DNA of 32,949 bases from NCBI GenBank assembly GCA_037388985.1, contig JARRJQ010000059.1, forward strand, positions 1-32,949, given 5' to 3'. Position 1 is the first letter of the stretch. Each line of letters begins with the position of its first letter. The DNA is from Desulfobacterales bacterium (GTDB lineage Bacteria; Desulfobacterota; Desulfobacteria; Desulfobacterales; JAHEIW01). Positions 8,815 to 18,104 of this stretch are shown here, piece by piece. The position numbers and the translations under genes were made by a program. Under the pieces are notes generated by a model. It was not told the origin of the DNA and ran no database searches. It saw only the letters and a list, made by a program, of their open reading frames with translations.

Positions 8815-8843
8815 AAGCGGTTTTTAAACCGCTTCTAATTTTT
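8811..8843. terminator. Bidirectional intrinsic terminator between convergent genes
   Basis: A perfect 13-bp stem, TTAGAAGCGGTTT (8811-8823) pairing with AAACCGCTTCTAA (8826-8838). It is followed by TTTTT (8839-8843) and preceded by AAAACAAAAA (8801-8810), which is a U-run on the other strand. Confidence 0.8.
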
Positions 8844-8844
8844 A

Positions 8845-10827
8845 TTACTTTGTAAAGTTAGCCGGCCTCTTTTCCAGAAATGCCGAAATTCCTTCTTTGG
8901 CCGCCTCCGTGCAGGCGATTTTTCCGAACCCCTTATAGCCGATTTCAAGGGCATCGGCCTGGCTTTCGGCTGCGGCGCCATCCTGGATCTTGGGTTCAGC
9001 AGGGATATTGATTTCAGGAATCGCCACTTTACCTTCCGGGATGCGGCTTGTCTTTCCCTGTAGATCATTGACCGCTTTAATGCTGGCGGCGATTAATGAC
9101 GGATAATCATCTACGATTTCAGTCAGCATGCCGACATCAGCGGCTTCTTTGGCTTTAAGCGAACGGCCCGCGCAAATCATCTCGTGAAATACCTGGGCGC
9201 CCCGAGGCCATTTGCGATAAGGGATCACGCAGCCGCCGATTCCCGGCAAAATGCCAAGGGTAATCTCGGGAAATTGGAAACTGGCATTATTCGTAGCCAC
9301 GATGCCGTGGCAGCGAATGGCGAGTTCCAGGCCACCCCCAAGGGCAAAACCGTTGACCGCAGCCACAACGGGTTTTGCCATCTGATCCATAAAGACCTGG
9401 ACTTTGGCACAATCTCTGGCATACTGGGCCGAAGCTTGGGCATCACCGAGCATTTGCGGAAATTTGCCGATGTCCGCTCCGGCCGAAAAGGCGGAATTCC
9501 CGTAGCCGGTGATGACAAAACCCTTCACCGACGGCTCATTTTCAAACTCTTTTAACACAGACAAGATCTCATCGGTCAGTTCATCATTGAGCGCATTCAT
9601 CGCCTGAGGGCGCCGGATGGTAATGACTTTGACGCCGGCAACGTCATCGACCAGAATATAGCGCTTAAAATCCTGATAGAACTTAAAGGGCTGTTTCGGC
9701 ATCGGAAAGCCCGGTCGTTCCGTTTGAAATTTCTCCATGATACGCTTGACTTCATCCTCGCCGATATCGCGCATCAAATCCAGAGGCCCCTTGCGGAATC
9801 CCAGCGCCACCTGGCAGCCAAAGTTCAGATCCTGGCGGGTTCCGATTCCACGGTCGATAATATCGAAAGATTGCGAAAAAAGAATGCCCAGCAGACGATC
9901 CCGCACGGCGGCTTTTGTCTTGTCGGGAACCTCCACCGGGATTCCCGGCCTCTGGGTCAGCCACCGATCCACGGACGATAGGATGGACGCAGGTCTATAA
10001 TGCTCACCTTCTAGCATCTGAAGTGTGTTGGTTTCAATAATAATCGGATTTCCATTTGTTAGATTTAAGACGAAAAAGGGCCCAGCAAAGACAAATTCTT
10101 CGGCGACTTTGTCGATCTGGCTGGCGCTTGCCTGGTTTAATAAAAAAGCAGATTCATTGCACCAGTTGTCAAAGATGCGGTTCAACATAAAGCAGATAGC
10201 GTTATCGGTAATAATAGGCGATTTGCCGGTCTTGGCAAAAAACCAGAACAGATAATCCAGAGTGTCTTGGCTTTCCTTATCCCAGGCAATGATTTCAACC
10301 GGAAGGCTGCGCCAGGCCGGGGCAAAAAAATGGGTGATGGATGTGCGTTCCGGCTTTTTCACCTTTTGAAAAATGCGGTCGGCCGGAATCGAAGAAGTGT
10401 TGGATGTGATAAGGGTATCATCGCCGACGATATTTTCAACTGTTTCAAATATTTTTTGCTTCAGCGTTACGGCTTCCGTGGCCGCCTCGATGACCAGCTG
10501 GCAATTTTTAATCCGCGCATAGTCCGTTGTGTAGACGATGTTTTCTAAAACGGCAGCGGCTTTCTCCGGTTTCATCATTTTTTTCTCGATTGCTTTTTTA
10601 GCATATCCCTCAATGCGCTGTTGCGCTTGCTTGAGTGGTTTTTCGACCACATCCACCAGGAAAAGCTTGCTTGCCGGCATCGCGCTTTTTAAATAATAAC
10701 CGATATCCGGACCGATGGTACCGGCTCCGATGACGGCGACCTCATCGGACAGGGGCCGGGCGGATTGAATCAGCAAAGGATTAAAAGCCGTACGATAGAG
10801 GTTTTTGGCTGCGTCCATTTGAACCAT
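8845..10827 (-). CDS. Fused 3-hydroxyacyl-CoA dehydrogenase (N-terminal) / enoyl-CoA hydratase (C-terminal)
   Basis: N-terminal Rossmann motif VAVIGAGTIGPDIG and 3HCDH-like core (TSNTSS, ITHFFAP). C-terminal crotonase fold with both catalytic Glu contexts (ALGGGLELAIRCH and FQFPEITLGILPGIGG). Confidence 0.85.
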   Translation of the reverse strand: MVQMDAAKNLYRTAFNPLLIQSARPLSDEVAVIGAGTIGPDIGYYLKSAMPASKLFLVDVVEKPLKQAQQRIEGYAKKAIEKKMMKPEKAAAVLENIVYTTDYARIKNCQLVIEAATEAVTLKQKIFETVENIVGDDTLITSNTSSIPADRIFQKVKKPERTSITHFFAPAWRSLPVEIIAWDKESQDTLDYLFWFFAKTGKSPIITDNAICFMLNRIFDNWCNESAFLLNQASASQIDKVAEEFVFAGPFFVLNLTNGNPIIIETNTLQMLEGEHYRPASILSSVDRWLTQRPGIPVEVPDKTKAAVRDRLLGILFSQSFDIIDRGIGTRQDLNFGCQVALGFRKGPLDLMRDIGEDEVKRIMEKFQTERPGFPMPKQPFKFYQDFKRYILVDDVAGVKVITIRRPQAMNALNDELTDEILSVLKEFENEPSVKGFVITGYGNSAFSAGADIGKFPQMLGDAQASAQYARDCAKVQVFMDQMAKPVVAAVNGFALGGGLELAIRCHGIVATNNASFQFPEITLGILPGIGGCVIPYRKWPRGAQVFHEMICAGRSLKAKEAADVGMLTEIVDDYPSLIAASIKAVNDLQGKTSRIPEGKVAIPEINIPAEPKIQDGAAAESQADALEIGYKGFGKIACTEAAKEGISAFLEKRPANFTK

Positions 10828-10908
10828 CTTTTCTGTTTTTTTGGGGATCGGATTTTATCTCGATGAATTTAGTTGGGTTAATAGACTGCAAAAAGCCAGG
10901 GATAATTT

Positions 10909-10951
10909 GCTTGACACATTTTTGTATACCGTATACAAAATCCTGTCAAGC
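10909..10951. promoter_or_regulatory. 43-bp near-perfect palindrome: core operator TTTTGTATAC-C-GTATACAAAA flanked by TTGACA on both strands (divergent promoters sharing one operator)
   Basis: The arms 10909-10929 and 10931-10951 are reverse complements at 18 of 21 positions, centred on 10930. TTGACA lies at 10911-10916 (+) and as the complement of 10944-10949 (-). -10-like TACAAA/TATACA sequences sit inside the core on each strand. The site lies between the divergent HAD/ECH and serA genes. Confidence 0.55.
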
Positions 10952-11147
10952 CAGCAGAAACACTCATTTGCAAAAAGATGCCGGATGCAAAAACCACCTT
11001 GGCCTTTTACTAGCTTTAAGGGTGATCGGGTCAAAATGATTTCGGTGAAATAAGGCTCCGCCAGATGCTAAAAACCCATTCTTATTACTTCATTCAAAAT
11101 CCGCAAAAAGATATCTTCATAGATATTTGAAATCAGGGGGGGACATC

Positions 11148-12728
11148 ATGAAAGTTCTGGTCAGCGACAATCTCGGGGAAGCAGGCATTAAAATGTTTGA
11201 AAAGGAGTCTGACATCGATGTGGATGAAAAAACCGGCCTGAAACCCGATGAGTTGGTAAAAATCATTGGCGACTATGATGCGCTGGTGATTCGAAGTGCC
11301 ACCAAAGTCAGCGAAGAACTTTTGACGGCAGCCAAAAAGCTCAAAGTCATCGGAAGGGCAGGGATCGGCCTTGACAATGTTGACATACCGGCAGCCACCA
11401 AACGGGGTATATTGGTCATGAATACGCCTACTGGAAATGTGATCACGACCGCCGAGCACACCATCGCCATGATGATGGCCCTGACGCGCAATATTCCCTG
11501 GGGCACCTCAACACTGAAGGACGGCAAATGGGAAAAGAAAAAGCTGCAGGGCAGAGAAGTCTACAACAAAGTGCTTGGCATTATCGGGTTTGGCAAAATC
11601 GGATCAATTGTTGCCGACCGTGCCCGGGGGTTGAAGATGCAGGTGATTGTCCACGATCCTTTTATTCCAGATGAGCAAATTGAAAAGGCCGACTTTGAGG
11701 CTGTGGGGCTGGAAGATTTATACCAACGCTCGGATTACATCACGGTGCACGTTCCCAAACTTAAAGATACTCTGGGATTACTCAATAAGAAGGCATTCGA
11801 TCAAATGAAAGACGGTGTGATGATTATCAACTGTGCCCGTGGCGGTATCGTCGATGAGGCTGATCTGAATGAAGCCTTGAGATCCGGCAGGGTTGCCGGG
11901 GCAGCCCTGGATGTGTTTGAAAACGAGCCCCCCGGCGTTTGCCCCCTTTTTGAAATAGACCGGGTAATTTGCACCCCACACCTCGGGGCCTCAACATTGG
12001 AAGCTCAGACCAATGTAGCGGTTCAGGTGGCGGAGCAAATCATTGCCTACCTCAAAAACGGAACCGTGATCAATGCAGTCAATGTTCCACCGGTCAGCGG
12101 CGAGCTGCTTGAAAAACTGAATCCGTATTTGATGCTGGGTGATCGGATGGGCTGCTTGCTGACCCAGTTATCTGAAAGACCGATTAAAGAGATCTTGATC
12201 GAATATGCGGGTGAATTTGGCGTGCTGGATCTTTCTCCGATCACCACCGCGGTTTTAAAGGGTCTGATGACTCCCATGGTCAAAGACGAAGTTAACTTTG
12301 TCAATGCGCAGGTTCTCGCAAAGGATAGGGGGATTAAAATAACGGAAGCCAAGATTGCGGAGCCTGCAGAATATGTCAACTTGATGACTGTCAGAGCCAT
12401 CTCTGATGAAGGTCAAAATAAGGTGGCCGGGACAATTTTCGGCCGGAAAAATCCGCGCGTGGTCAATATTAACAATTTCCGTCTCGAATTGGAGCCGCTC
12501 GACAGCTTCATATTGATCCACAACCATGACAAGCCCGGTGCAATCGGTAGTATCGGGACCCTTCTGGGCGATCATAAGATCAATATCAGCCGCATGCGTG
12601 TGGGCCAGGAAGAGGGTTCGGATAAGACCATGATTTACCTGCGGACTGACACACCGATTCCGGAAAATGTGATGGATAAAATGCGAAAATTGCCGCTGAT
12701 GATCAGTGTCCGGGCTTTCGAGCTTTAA
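11148..12728 (+). CDS. serA: D-3-phosphoglycerate dehydrogenase, long form with a C-terminal regulatory (ACT-like) domain
   Basis: MKVLVSDNLGEAGI..., NAD motif GIIGFGKIGSIVA, catalytic-region motifs NCARGG and TPHLGAST, and a C-terminal HNHDKPGAIGSIGTLLGDHKINISRM segment. The ATG at 11148 is preceded by a G-rich RBS. The track's TTG at 11127 is less likely. Confidence 0.85.
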   Translation: MKVLVSDNLGEAGIKMFEKESDIDVDEKTGLKPDELVKIIGDYDALVIRSATKVSEELLTAAKKLKVIGRAGIGLDNVDIPAATKRGILVMNTPTGNVITTAEHTIAMMMALTRNIPWGTSTLKDGKWEKKKLQGREVYNKVLGIIGFGKIGSIVADRARGLKMQVIVHDPFIPDEQIEKADFEAVGLEDLYQRSDYITVHVPKLKDTLGLLNKKAFDQMKDGVMIINCARGGIVDEADLNEALRSGRVAGAALDVFENEPPGVCPLFEIDRVICTPHLGASTLEAQTNVAVQVAEQIIAYLKNGTVINAVNVPPVSGELLEKLNPYLMLGDRMGCLLTQLSERPIKEILIEYAGEFGVLDLSPITTAVLKGLMTPMVKDEVNFVNAQVLAKDRGIKITEAKIAEPAEYVNLMTVRAISDEGQNKVAGTIFGRKNPRVVNINNFRLELEPLDSFILIHNHDKPGAIGSIGTLLGDHKINISRMRVGQEEGSDKTMIYLRTDTPIPENVMDKMRKLPLMISVRAFEL

Positions 12729-12793
12729 TTGAAACGACTGGATTTGGGTGGTTACCACAGAACACACAGAGTACACATGAAGAAAGGAAAATA

Positions 12794-14483
12794 GTGAGTA
12801 AGAGAAGATTATTGCTGGGAAATGAAGCAATTGCGCGTGGCTTGATCGAAAACGGATGCACCATTGCAACCTCTTATCCGGGAACACCGGCCTCGGAGAT
12901 CCTTGCGGGCGTAGCCTCTTTCCAGAACGAAGAATCACTGTCCATGCATACCCAATGGGCCGTTAATGAAAAGGTTGCTTTTGAGATTGCGTATGCCGGG
13001 TGCCAGACCGGCTTACGGACGGCTGTAAGCATGAAACAGGTCGGTTTGAATGTAGCTTCCGATCCGTTGATGAGTGCCGCCTATATGGGCGTAAAAGGCG
13101 GTTTTGTTCTAATCAGCGCGGATGACCCCGGACCCCATTCCTCACAAACCGAACAAGACAGCCGGTTGATGGCCATGTTGGCCAGGATACCTGTGCTGGA
13201 TCCGGACTCCCCCCGTCAGGCCAAAGAATTAATGGGGGTTGCCTATGAACTGTCTGAATCCTTCAACACTCCCGTTATGGTGCGCCCGACCACCCGGGTA
13301 TGCCACTCGCGGCAGGATATTGAACTGGGAGCCATAGCGAAAAACACACGCGAGGTGAAGTTCGAAAAAGATGCGACCCGCTGGGCGGCGACACCCAAAT
13401 TTCGATTGCAGCTGCACGGGGAACTGGAAAATCTGGTCAAAGATTCCTTTCTATCAGGTCATTCAGCCTTTTCCTCTGCATCGCAGGTTCATTGAGCATG
13501 TTCTTGCTACCTATGAAACGGTTTTGGTTATCGAAGAGACCATGGCTGTGATTGAGATGCAACTGGCTGACCGTTACCGTGTCAAAGGCAAGCTTTCCAA
13601 GACGGTCCCGAAGGTCGGCGAACTCAGTCCCGAAAAGATTCAGGAAATCGTTTGTCAGTTTACCGGTCTCAAATCAGAGACGGTTACCATCAAATCGCCT
13701 CCGGGAAGACGTCCGACGCTCTGTCCGGGTTGCCCGCACCGTGCAAGCTTTTTTGCCATTAAAAAAGCCGCGCCCAGAGGCATTTATACCAGTGATATCG
13801 GTTGCTATACGCTGGGCCTTAATCTCGGGGCTGTCGATACCGTACTTTGCATGGGCGCTGCGATAAGCCAAGCGTGCGGATTTTATCATGCGTATAAAAA
13901 TCAAGAGAAGCGACCGGATATCATCGCCACCATCGGCGACTCGACTTTTTTTCATGCCGGGGTTCCGGCTCTCATCGATGCGGTGGTCCAAAAAGTGGGA
14001 TTTGTGCTGGTGATCCTTGATAACCGCACAACCGCCATGACCGGTAATCAGCCCACACCGGCCACCGGGCACGGCGCCGGCGGTGTGCCCACTGAAATCG
14101 TTGAAATTGAGGCCCTGGTTAAGGGATGCGGTGTAAAATTTATCCGTGAAGGAAATCCCTATGACCTCAAAGCGTTCATTCCGCTTATGAAGGAAGCGGT
14201 AAACTACAGCCGGAATCACGGACCGGCGGTTGTGATCTCAAGATATCCATGCGTGATTTACCGGGCTAGAAAGGGCGAAGCCGGGGAGTATATACCGGTA
14301 GAAGTGAATGAAAACTGCGACGGTTGCGGTTATTGCATCAAGCACTTTGAATGTCCGGCCCTGATCTTGCAAGAAAACGAGAAAGACAAGTACGTCAGCA
14401 TTGATCCGATTCTATGCACAGCATGCGGGGTTTGTCTGAATGTCTGCCCCAAAGGGGCGATTGTAGCAACGAATAGCAGATAA
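12794..14483 (+). pseudogene. iorA: Indolepyruvate:ferredoxin oxidoreductase alpha subunit, interrupted by a frame change near 13445-13452
   Basis: ORF 12794..13495 reads IorA-like N-terminal sequence (LLLGNEAIARGLIENGC...SYPGTPASEI) up to ...GELENLVKDS, then unrelated residues and a stop. The +1 frame (track ORF 13371..14483) resumes IorA-like sequence at about 13452 (YQVIQPFPLHRRFIEHVLATYETVLVIEE), with a TPP region (GDSTFFHAG) and two 4Fe-4S motifs (CDGCGYCIKHFECP and CTACGVCLNVCP). Confidence 0.7.
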
Positions 14484-14500
14484 ATATATATGAGGCAGTT

Positions 14501-15031
14501 ATGAGCAAGGCGATTAAACAGCAAATCCTGATCAGTGGGCTCGGCGGTCAGGGGGTTTTGTTCATCACGAGCCTTCTGGCGGAGGCTGCAATAAACAAAG
14601 GGTTGCCGGTGTTTACCTCGGATTTCAAGGTCGGTGATTTTTCAAGCCCGTTGATTCGGCCGTTTCAGGCAGACGGATTGCTGATCTTAAAAGATGAAAA
14701 TATCACCCAACACGGTTTCTTTTTAAAAAAAGAGGGCTGGGCTGTCGTAAACAGCAGTAATGATACAAATAGGGTGAAAATATCCCCAACAAATGTTATT
14801 GATGCGGACAGGCTTGCGCAGGAAATCTCAAATCCGAAGTCGGTTAATCTGATTGTACTGGGTTTTGCGCTGTTCAGGGCTGATCAAAACACAAAAGATA
14901 AAATAAATCTGTTTTGTTCGTTGACCGACATTAAAAAGGTTTTGAGAAAAAGATTCAACAGCCGCAAGAAACTGCTGGGCGCCTCGCTGCTGGCATTGGA
15001 AACGGGTTATAGACAAATTGTCCGTGGATAG
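14501..15031 (+). CDS. iorB: Indolepyruvate:ferredoxin oxidoreductase beta subunit-like, short and possibly defective
   Basis: N-terminus ILISGLGGQGVLFITSLLAEAAINKGLPV is typical of IorB / POR-gamma. The protein is 176 aa. From my recollection of the family, the segment normally carrying an HGM(A/S)QRGG-type motif is absent between ...VFTS and DFKVGDFSSPLI. Confidence 0.65.
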   Translation: MSKAIKQQILISGLGGQGVLFITSLLAEAAINKGLPVFTSDFKVGDFSSPLIRPFQADGLLILKDENITQHGFFLKKEGWAVVNSSNDTNRVKISPTNVIDADRLAQEISNPKSVNLIVLGFALFRADQNTKDKINLFCSLTDIKKVLRKRFNSRKKLLGASLLALETGYRQIVRG

Positions 15032-15084
15032 TTGCAGGTTGTCTGTTGCTGAAAGTGGGAAGGTGATGTGAGTTTGTGCATATT

Positions 15085-16233
15085 TTATAGTTTGCCCAGA
15101 ACTTCACGCGAAATGATTATTTTTTCGATTTCCTTGGCGCCTTCATAAATTTCCAGTACTTTTGCCGCGCGGTAAAATCGTTCAATATCATAGTCGTTAA
15201 AGTAGCCGTAACCACCGTGCAACTGCAGGGCTTCATCAACGACTTCAACTGCAACATGGCAGGCATACATCTTGGCCATGGCGGTCAATTTCGTGTCCGG
15301 TTTGCCCTGATCAAGTAACCAGGCGGATCTGTAAACCATATTGCGGGCTGTTTCGACCTTGGTGGCCATTTCGGCTATTTTAAACTGAGTGCTCTGAAAC
15401 GCGGCAAGCGGACGTCCGAATTGCTGCCTGCCCTTAACATGTTTGACAGCCATATCCAGTGCACCTTGCGCCAGGCCCACACCGTGGGCGGCGACATATG
15501 CCCGGGAATGATCGAAAAATTTCATCAGTTGGATGAAACCATTGCCTTCCACACCGATCAGATTTTGCCTGGGGACGCGGCAATTATTAAGATAAATCGC
15601 GGCCGTATCCGACGCCCTGAGCCCCATCTTGCCATGCATAGGGTCGGCCTTATACCCGTCACGATCTGTCTCCACCATAATAATGCTGTGCCGGCCGGTC
15701 TTGGATTGGGCATCGGGATTGGTGAGGCAGTAAACCAGCATATGGGTTCCCACCGTTCCGTTTCCAATCATCACCTTGCTGCCGTTGATGACATAGTCAT
15801 CGCCATCTTTAACGGCAGAAGTGGTCGCTGAAGCCGTATCACTGCCGGCATCCGGCTCGGTAATGGCAAAGCCCAAGATGCCATTCCCATTGAAGATCGG
15901 AGGCAGGTATTGCTTTTTTTGTTCTTCGGTGCCGAAAAGCAATAACTCCTCGGCGCCGAATGAGATCGAATTAAGCTGTTGCCCGATCCCCGGATCCACC
16001 TTCCAAAACTCTTCCAGCACCAGGGCATGTTCGAAATAGCCGAGTCCGGGCCCACCGTATTCTTCGGGAATAAAAAGCCCGACAAGATCCAGTTCGCGCG
16101 CCTTATTCAGAATTTCGACCGGAATTGTTTCATTGATGTCACATTCACGGGCCACATCCGGAAATTCACCCTTTGCAAATTCGCGGGCTGCTTTTTGAAT
16201 AGACTGCTGTTCTTTGCTCAGATCGTAATCCAT
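15085..16233 (-). CDS. Acyl-CoA dehydrogenase
   Basis: 382 aa. The layout is typical of ACADs: MDYDLSKEQQ...REFAKGEF, FAITEPDAGSD, and C-terminal RFYRAAKVLEIYEGAKEIEKIIISREVL. Confidence 0.9.
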   Translation of the reverse strand: MDYDLSKEQQSIQKAAREFAKGEFPDVARECDINETIPVEILNKARELDLVGLFIPEEYGGPGLGYFEHALVLEEFWKVDPGIGQQLNSISFGAEELLLFGTEEQKKQYLPPIFNGNGILGFAITEPDAGSDTASATTSAVKDGDDYVINGSKVMIGNGTVGTHMLVYCLTNPDAQSKTGRHSIIMVETDRDGYKADPMHGKMGLRASDTAAIYLNNCRVPRQNLIGVEGNGFIQLMKFFDHSRAYVAAHGVGLAQGALDMAVKHVKGRQQFGRPLAAFQSTQFKIAEMATKVETARNMVYRSAWLLDQGKPDTKLTAMAKMYACHVAVEVVDEALQLHGGYGYFNDYDIERFYRAAKVLEIYEGAKEIEKIIISREVLGKL

Positions 16234-16312
16234 ATTTCATCCTTTCCTGATTCATCTTTGTACATAGATTTTTTAGCTATGGCGACTCAGGCTTGCTGCG
16301 CATTAAAAGAAT

Positions 16313-16479
16313 AAATACGAAATCCGAATATCGAAATTCGAAACAATCTAAAATGAACAAAATTCAAATGACCAAAACTTGATCATTTTTACGCGTAACA
16401 AACGACCTCTGTCTTTTGGGGCTTTGCAAATTCGGATTTAGAATTTGTTTCGGATTTCGGATTTCGAACTTCGGATTTG
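16313..16479. repeat. MITE/REP-like element bounded by inverted arrays of CGAAAT/CGGATTT heptamer-type repeats
   Basis: Left arm AAATACGAAATCCGAATATCGAAATTCGAAACAATCTAAA (16313-16352). Right arm TTTAGAATTTGTTTCGGATTTCGGATTTCGAACTTCGGATTTG (about 16437-16479). The interior shares CATTTGAATTT...TTGTTTCG with the element at 31830-31959, in the opposite orientation. Confidence 0.6.
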
Positions 16480-16541
16480 ATTTTTCAATTAATTTGATTC
16501 GTATCGCAAACAGGCATTTTAATTGTAAAGAGCCTTGATTC

Positions 16542-18104
16542 CTACAAAGGGATGTTGCCATGTCTCTTGTTCGGTGCAGGACGTTGTTTGTTGCGCAGCA
16601 TACGCAACGCCATGATCAACTGGGGCCGCGTCTCTTTGGGCTTGATCACCGTATCAACCAGCATGTTGGATGCGGCATGGTAAGGATTCGAATATTTATA
16701 ATCATAGGCTTCAATTTTTTGCTGACGAAGTTCTTCCGGATTTTCTGCTGCTTCAATTTCCCTGCGAAATATCAAATTCACCGCTGCCGTTGTGTCTAGT
16801 ACAACCAGCTGGGCAATGGGCCAGGCCAGCATGAGGTCAACTCCCATGCCCACACAACACATCGCCATCACTGCACCACCGTATTCTTTGCGCAATGCCA
16901 GAGTAATTTTGGGTACGGTTGCTTCTGAATAAGCGTAAAGCATTTTGGCTCCGTGACGAATAATACCGGCATGTTCCTGGGCCACCCCGGGGAAATAGCC
17001 GGGTACATCAACGAAATTGATCAAGGGGATATTAAAGGCGTCGCAAAATCGGATAAACCGGGCGGCTTTGTCAGACGCATTTACGTCCAGACAACCGGCT
17101 TTTATTCGTGGCTGATTGGCTATGATCCCGACGGTATGGCCATCCATGCGAGCAAAACCGATGATAATATTTAAGGCATATCGTCGCAGAACTTCAAAAA
17201 ACGTTCCTTGATCCACAACCCGTTCGATGACCTCATGCATGTCATAGGATTTTTTAAAATCAGCGGGAACGATCTCCTTGAGTTTTCGATCGATCCGTCC
17301 GGGGTCATCACCGGTTTCCACCACCGGCGGGTCTTCAGCATTGTTTGAAGGCAGATAGCCCAGTAATTTTTTAATAATTCCGATGCATTCCTCGTCACTG
17401 TCGGCAACAAAATGAGCTGTTCCGGTTATTTCGCTATGGACTTTGGCTCCGCCGAGTTCTTCCAGGCTGATGTCTTCGCCGGTTACCGACTTGATGATGC
17501 CCGGGCCGGTAATCACCATATGGCTTTTGCCTCTGATCATTACAATAAAATCGGTCAGCGCAGGCGAATATACGGCGACTCCAGCGCTGGAGCCCATCAT
17601 TCCCGTAATCTGAGGGATAAGCCCCGATGCAGCCGTATTGCGATAGAACATGCCGGCTACCCCTTTTGATGCGAAAAAACCTTCGTGCAGCCTGCCGCCG
17701 CCGGAATCATTTAATGCGACCAGGGGAGCTTTGACTTTGATGGCCTCGTCCATGATACGGCAAATTTTTTGTCCATGGATCGTGCCCACCGATCCGCCGA
17801 GAACCGTGACATCCTGCGAATAGGCAAATACTCGTCGGCCGTCAATGGTGCCATAGCCGGTTACCACACCATCGCCGGGCACCTTCTTTTCCTGCATTCC
17901 AAAGTCGACACACTGACTTTCGGCCAATTTGTTGACCTCTACAAAGCTGCCCGGGTCGAAAAGCAGATTTAAGCGCTCTCTGGCGGTCAATTTGCCTCTT
18001 TCATGGTGGCGATCGACTGTTTTTTGACCGCCGCCGATTTCGGCCTGTTGTTCAAGAGCCGCCAGTCTGTCCAGTTCACTTCGATGTGTTTTGCCTTCTG
18101 TCAT
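16542..18104 (-). CDS. Acyl-CoA carboxylase carboxyltransferase subunit (propionyl-CoA carboxylase beta / methylmalonyl-CoA decarboxylase alpha / transcarboxylase 12S family)
   Basis: 520 aa. Typical motifs: GGGQKTVDRHHERGKLTARERL, DFGMQEKKVPGDGVVTGYG, DSGGGRLHEG, and GIIANQP...GCLDVNASDKAARFIRFCDAFNIPL. Confidence 0.9.
   Translation of the reverse strand: MTEGKTHRSELDRLAALEQQAEIGGGQKTVDRHHERGKLTARERLNLLFDPGSFVEVNKLAESQCVDFGMQEKKVPGDGVVTGYGTIDGRRVFAYSQDVTVLGGSVGTIHGQKICRIMDEAIKVKAPLVALNDSGGGRLHEGFFASKGVAGMFYRNTAASGLIPQITGMMGSSAGVAVYSPALTDFIVMIRGKSHMVITGPGIIKSVTGEDISLEELGGAKVHSEITGTAHFVADSDEECIGIIKKLLGYLPSNNAEDPPVVETGDDPGRIDRKLKEIVPADFKKSYDMHEVIERVVDQGTFFEVLRRYALNIIIGFARMDGHTVGIIANQPRIKAGCLDVNASDKAARFIRFCDAFNIPLINFVDVPGYFPGVAQEHAGIIRHGAKMLYAYSEATVPKITLALRKEYGGAVMAMCCVGMGVDLMLAWPIAQLVVLDTTAAVNLIFRREIEAAENPEELRQQKIEAYDYKYSNPYHAASNMLVDTVIKPKETRPQLIMALRMLRNKQRPAPNKRHGNIPL

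Noticed and set aside
12255-12938. 227-aa minus-strand ORF overlapping the serA 3' end and the iorA 5' end
   Set aside because: It is antisense to two well-supported genes and spans their intergenic region. It has no domain signature and is treated as a shadow ORF.
13674-14219. 181-aa minus-strand ORF inside iorA, plus the similar antisense ORFs 29933..30367, 15421..15831, 24743..25141 and 31512..31904
   Set aside because: All lie opposite strongly supported coding frames and have no motifs. 31512..31904 partly translates the repeat element.
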